A DNA stretch of 64,000 nt, from the IMG/VR virus record IMGVR_UViG_3300045988_149468, positions 64,001 to 128,000 of that record; one strand, given 5' to 3'. This document shows positions 61,438 to 64,000 of the stretch, piece by piece. The position numbers and the translations under genes are program-made. Below the pieces are notes generated by a model. That model saw only the letters and a program-made list of their open reading frames with translations. It did not search any database and was not told where the DNA came from. Position 1 is the first letter of the stretch. Every line of letters starts with the position of its first letter. This DNA comes from a virus.

Positions 61438-61508
61438 ATAAATATTTATATTTTTTATAAATATTTATTTAACTATGTATCACCCCCTTCCTATATGTAT
61501 TACTTATC

Positions 61509-61817
61509 TTATTTTCTAAAATTTTTTGGAACATTTCTATAATGTTGTGGTTTTTCTTCGCCATCAATTATTCTCTGTAATCGTTCCACATATTTCTTAT
61601 CTTTAGCTAATCTTAATAAACTAACTAAGAAATATTTGTTTGTTTTTTTTGGAATTTTATTTTTCAATACACAATCTATTGCATATTGTGTTTGTTCATA
61701 CTTTTGCAAATGAGTATGTCCTTCTTGAAAAGGTTTTTTCATGTTATACACTATGTAATTTTTATGCTCTTTGCTGTAAAATACTTTGAAGTTCTTCTTT
61801 GTGTAAACTAAATCCAT
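61509..61817 (-). CDS. Hypothetical basic protein
   Basis: 102 aa. Confidence 0.45.
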   Translation of the reverse strand: MDLVYTKKNFKVFYSKEHKNYIVYNMKKPFQEGHTHLQKYEQTQYAIDCVLKNKIPKKTNKYFLVSLLRLAKDKKYVERLQRIIDGEEKPQHYRNVPKNFRK

Positions 61818-61824
61818 TTAATCA

Positions 61825-62049
61825 TCACCTATTATAAAAATTTTTAACTGCTTCAATTGTTGCTAATTCTTTTATCAAGTGTTCATAAACTTGTATTGCT
61901 TTCTTGTCATCTGTATTTTTAGAACAATAATTATAACCATTATTGAATCTTTTTAATAAATGCTGATAATAACCATTTAAAGCTTTTATAAATTCTTCTC
62001 TTTCCCTCAATTTATCACCTCCCTTCCTGTTATTAATTAATATATTCAT
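61825..62049 (-). CDS. Hypothetical protein
   Basis: 74 aa, preceded by a conserved leader variant. Confidence 0.45.
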   Translation of the reverse strand: MNILINNRKGGDKLREREEFIKALNGYYQHLLKRFNNGYNYCSKNTDDKKAIQVYEHLIKELATIEAVKNFYNR

Positions 62050-62053
62050 GTTA

Positions 62054-62845
62054 TTATGCTAATTCTTTTAAATCTTCTTCAGTAAATTCTATGTTTAATA
62101 ATTTAGATAATTCATAGACACCTTTAGGTGTGAATTTAAGTTGACTATATGAATATTCATTTTTAGTACCCACATTAAGATTATACCATGTTTTATCAAC
62201 TGTTTCGTATGGAATCCAATTTTTACCTTGTTTAAATATTATCTTATTTTCATGTAGTAATTTATTCATTTTTTGTCCTGATCCTATTTTAAATAGTTTT
62301 CCAATCTGAGTCGAAGAATACGTTCCTTTACTATTCATGAAATCATCAAACCAAGTAGCTTTCTTTTTAAATTCTTTATTTTGTTTCATTAAATCTGTAA
62401 CCATGCTTAATTGTACTTCATTTGAAAATGATGGGAAATATTTTTGAACAAATTCCAATTCATTCCCTTCCATAACATAACCACCTGTATGATTTAATAT
62501 TGGAAGTACTTCATAACATATCCATTCTTGAAATTCTTGTGCATCTGGTAAAGGTGAAGATAATGCTAATTGATTTAATCCACCTTCGTTAAGTAAAATG
62601 CCACCTCTTTGACCTAATATTTTATAATCAAACTCTATCCCGACGGAGGATTGAGTTTCTTTATTTAACAATAACTGACCCTTAGGTGATACATATTTAT
62701 TTATATACTTAGTATAACTATGAGTCTTTAAGTCATATCCTAATGCCTCTACTACATCCTTTCCTATAAACCAAGGTTTATTTTCTATTTTTATTACTCT
62801 AACTTCTCCGAATTCTGCATTTTTAAATATTTGCAATTTATCCAT
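62054..62845 (-). CDS. Phage antirepressor (Bro-N domain + KilAC-like C-terminal domain)
   Basis: N-terminus LQIFKNAEFGEVRVIKIENKPWFIGKDVVEALGY is a classic Bro-N. The C-terminal half is ANT/KilAC-like (TYSSTQIGKLF...LHENKIIF). Confidence 0.75.
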   Translation of the reverse strand: MDKLQIFKNAEFGEVRVIKIENKPWFIGKDVVEALGYDLKTHSYTKYINKYVSPKGQLLLNKETQSSVGIEFDYKILGQRGGILLNEGGLNQLALSSPLPDAQEFQEWICYEVLPILNHTGGYVMEGNELEFVQKYFPSFSNEVQLSMVTDLMKQNKEFKKKATWFDDFMNSKGTYSSTQIGKLFKIGSGQKMNKLLHENKIIFKQGKNWIPYETVDKTWYNLNVGTKNEYSYSQLKFTPKGVYELSKLLNIEFTEEDLKELA

Positions 62846-62858
62846 TTTATATTCCTCC

Positions 62859-63044
62859 TTATAAAAATCTGCTTATATCTTCTCCGTTTTTTATAGCTTC
62901 TAATAATTCTAACGATTCTTTATCTTTTTTTTCTTTACATTCTTTACACCATCCTACAGTTAAACTTTGTAATCCTCCTGCTTTATGATATAATACATTA
63001 GTTTCTTCACCACATGAACAACATTTATTTTTCTTATTGAACAT
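62859..63044 (-). CDS. Small zinc-ribbon protein
   Basis: CCSCGEE....CKECKEK. Confidence 0.45.
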   Translation of the reverse strand: MFNKKNKCCSCGEETNVLYHKAGGLQSLTVGWCKECKEKKDKESLELLEAIKNGEDISRFL

Positions 63045-63057
63045 AAAATATCACCTT

Positions 63058-63303
63058 CTATTCTTTTATTGTAATAATATAATCTTTATTATTTGAAGAA
63101 CTATAGCAAACTACATTTTGTATAACTCTAGTTGATATTTCTAATGTAGGTTTATCATCTAGTAGCTTACCATTAGAATAATCAGAATAATATTCTATTA
63201 TATTTGAAATAGCTATAAACCCCCAATCATTAATGTTTTCTTTAAGTATATTATCAATAAATTCTCCTATTGTACAATTTTCAATTAATTTTATTTCTTT
63301 CAT
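63058..63303 (-). CDS. Hypothetical protein (paralog of 55994-56299)
   Basis: See 55994-56299 for the shared pattern. Confidence 0.45.
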   Translation of the reverse strand: MKEIKLIENCTIGEFIDNILKENINDWGFIAISNIIEYYSDYSNGKLLDDKPTLEISTRVIQNVVCYSSSNNKDYIITIKE

Positions 63304-63332
63304 TTATTTTCCTCCTTTATAAAACTTTCATT

Positions 63333-63644
63333 TTATTTTAAATAAGTATAATAATGAAATGTTTTCTTAATTCCATTAACAGTATCATCATCTAACTTAT
63401 AAACCCAGTCATAAGGTCTATCGTCTTTACGATAGTTTTCTATCATTCTATCTATGATATCTCTTTTTCTAATTTTACCTGTTTTATAATCATGTGTAGG
63501 GATTGTAATATCACATCTTAAAGAGATAGAATATTCATAATAATTATTAAATATTCCTTTGAATGTTGTATATCTATCATTTTCCATAATTGTTAATTCT
63601 AATATTCCACAACCTGTTAGATAGTTTTCTTTACTTAATTTCAT
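63333..63644 (-). CDS. Hypothetical protein
   Basis: The ATG at 63644 (MKLSKEN) follows GAAGGGAGCAAT (listed ORF starts at 63662). Confidence 0.45.
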   Translation of the reverse strand: MKLSKENYLTGCGILELTIMENDRYTTFKGIFNNYYEYSISLRCDITIPTHDYKTGKIRKRDIIDRMIENYRKDDRPYDWVYKLDDDTVNGIKKTFHYYTYLK

Positions 63645-63798
63645 ATTGCTCCCTTCTTTCATTTATAATCTTTTGAATTCTTAATTGATCTTCTTCATCA
63701 TTATCAATAATGGACATAAGTTTCTTTTCTTCTTCTGTCGGTTCTACTTCAGGTACACTCTTTAGAAACTCAACTAATTCTTTAAATTTATTATTCAT
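63631..63798 (-). CDS. Small acidic ORF (55 aa, not in ORF track)
   Basis: Its ATG overlaps the upstream stop (TAATG). Translation: MNNKFKELVEFLKSVPEVEPTEEEKKLMSIIDNDEEDQLRIQKIINERREQYEIK. Confidence 0.35.
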   Translation of the reverse strand: MNNKFKELVEFLKSVPEVEPTEEEKKLMSIIDNDEEDQLRIQKIINERREQYEIK

Positions 63799-63995
63799 TA
63801 TTTATCACTCCAATATTCTTTAAATGCTTTATTCCAAACTTCTTTATTAATATTGTCTTTCATGTTATTCTTTTCTATATACAGTTTTAGAAAATTTATT
63901 TTATTACTTAATTCCATTTCTAAATCTAGTCTTCTTTCATTTGACATCCAAGTATTCATCTTTAATTCAAAAGCTGTATTCATAGTTTCTTTCAA
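63798..63995 (-). CDS. Hypothetical protein
   Basis: 65 aa. Start lies close to the window edge. Confidence 0.4.
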   Translation of the reverse strand: MKETMNTAFELKMNTWMSNERRLDLEMELSNKINFLKLYIEKNNMKDNINKEVWNKAFKEYWSDK

Positions 63996-64000
63996 TAATT

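Noticed and set aside
1348-61542. Many short ORFs in the track lie antisense to, or out of frame within, larger well-supported genes:
- Minus strand: 1348-1533, 1591-1785, 2159-2341, 3222-3407, 5591-5797, 9557-9757, 13587-13805, 19845-20153.
- Plus strand: 5604-5825, 25802-26014, 27709-27960, 29011-29379, 29210-29503, 30438-30629, 31188-31400, 34750-34998, 37770-37958, 39868-40053, 42598-42789, 43196-43378, 44609-44803, 45411-45674, 45427-45660, 52551-52736, 53508-53729, 57878-58306, 59785-60003, 61357-61542.
   Set aside because: They have no Shine-Dalgarno sequences. Their composition is low-complexity Leu/Phe/Ile/Ser-rich, as expected from reading AT-rich coding DNA on the wrong strand or frame. 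Each is fully contained in a gene with clear motifs or operon context.
1-64000. Search for CRISPR arrays, tRNA/rRNA genes, and toxin genes typical of clostridial converting phages.
   Set aside because: No short direct repeats with regular unique spacers were seen. No GTTCGAATC-type T-arm/acceptor pattern or other tRNA-like GC-rich ~75-nt island was recognised. The GC-richer islands are explained by the intron core and the tnpB 3' region. No large toxin-like ORF is present. A tRNAscan/Infernal run would be needed to exclude tRNAs formally.

Overview
Very AT-rich, tightly packed segment of a large tailed phage or phage-plasmid of a low-GC Firmicute (Clostridium-like). This is judged by eye from gene content; no database search was possible.

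nt 1-20.4 kb is transcribed rightward. It holds the end of the virion module: a 5'-partial NlpC/P60-type tail lysin and a 1588-aa tail fibre with six tandem 163-aa repeats. A lysis cassette follows, with holin-like membrane proteins, an Amidase_2 endolysin and an SH3 + 3D-like hydrolase. After lysis comes an unusual accessory block:
- a tyrosine recombinase
- a second receptor-binding gene set: a LamG-tipped fibre and a Big_2/beta-helix depolymerase-like protein that may be fused by a +1 frameshift at CCC_TAG
- a hexapeptide acetyltransferase
- a second tyrosine recombinase
- a cluster of a small basic protein, two small membrane proteins and a VirB4/HerA/FtsK-superfamily ATPase

nt 20.8-64 kb is transcribed leftward and is the early/replication region. 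It encodes:
- dUTPase, RuvC, class II RNR and ThyX
- DnaE-type Pol III alpha, interrupted by a group I intron that carries a GIY-YIG/NUMOD3 homing endonuclease
- an SF2-like helicase, a Cas4/RecB-like nuclease, primase and DnaB helicase
- a Sak4-like ATPase and an SSB-like protein
- a ClpP-like protease
- two sigma-70-family factors flanking a Rha/T5orf172 protein
- YopX, an XRE regulator, a metallophosphoesterase and a Bro-N antirepressor
- many small ORFs

Mobile and selfish DNA is abundant: an intact ISL3 transposase, a stand-alone IS605-family TnpB with a candidate omega-RNA, two HNH genes and three paralogous AP2-domain genes.

About a dozen sigma-A-type promoters (TTGACA-N17-TATAAT-like) were read directly. 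A strikingly conserved leader, ATATA..AATTAATAAGGAG, precedes roughly two dozen genes. No rRNA, tRNA or CRISPR array was recognised.
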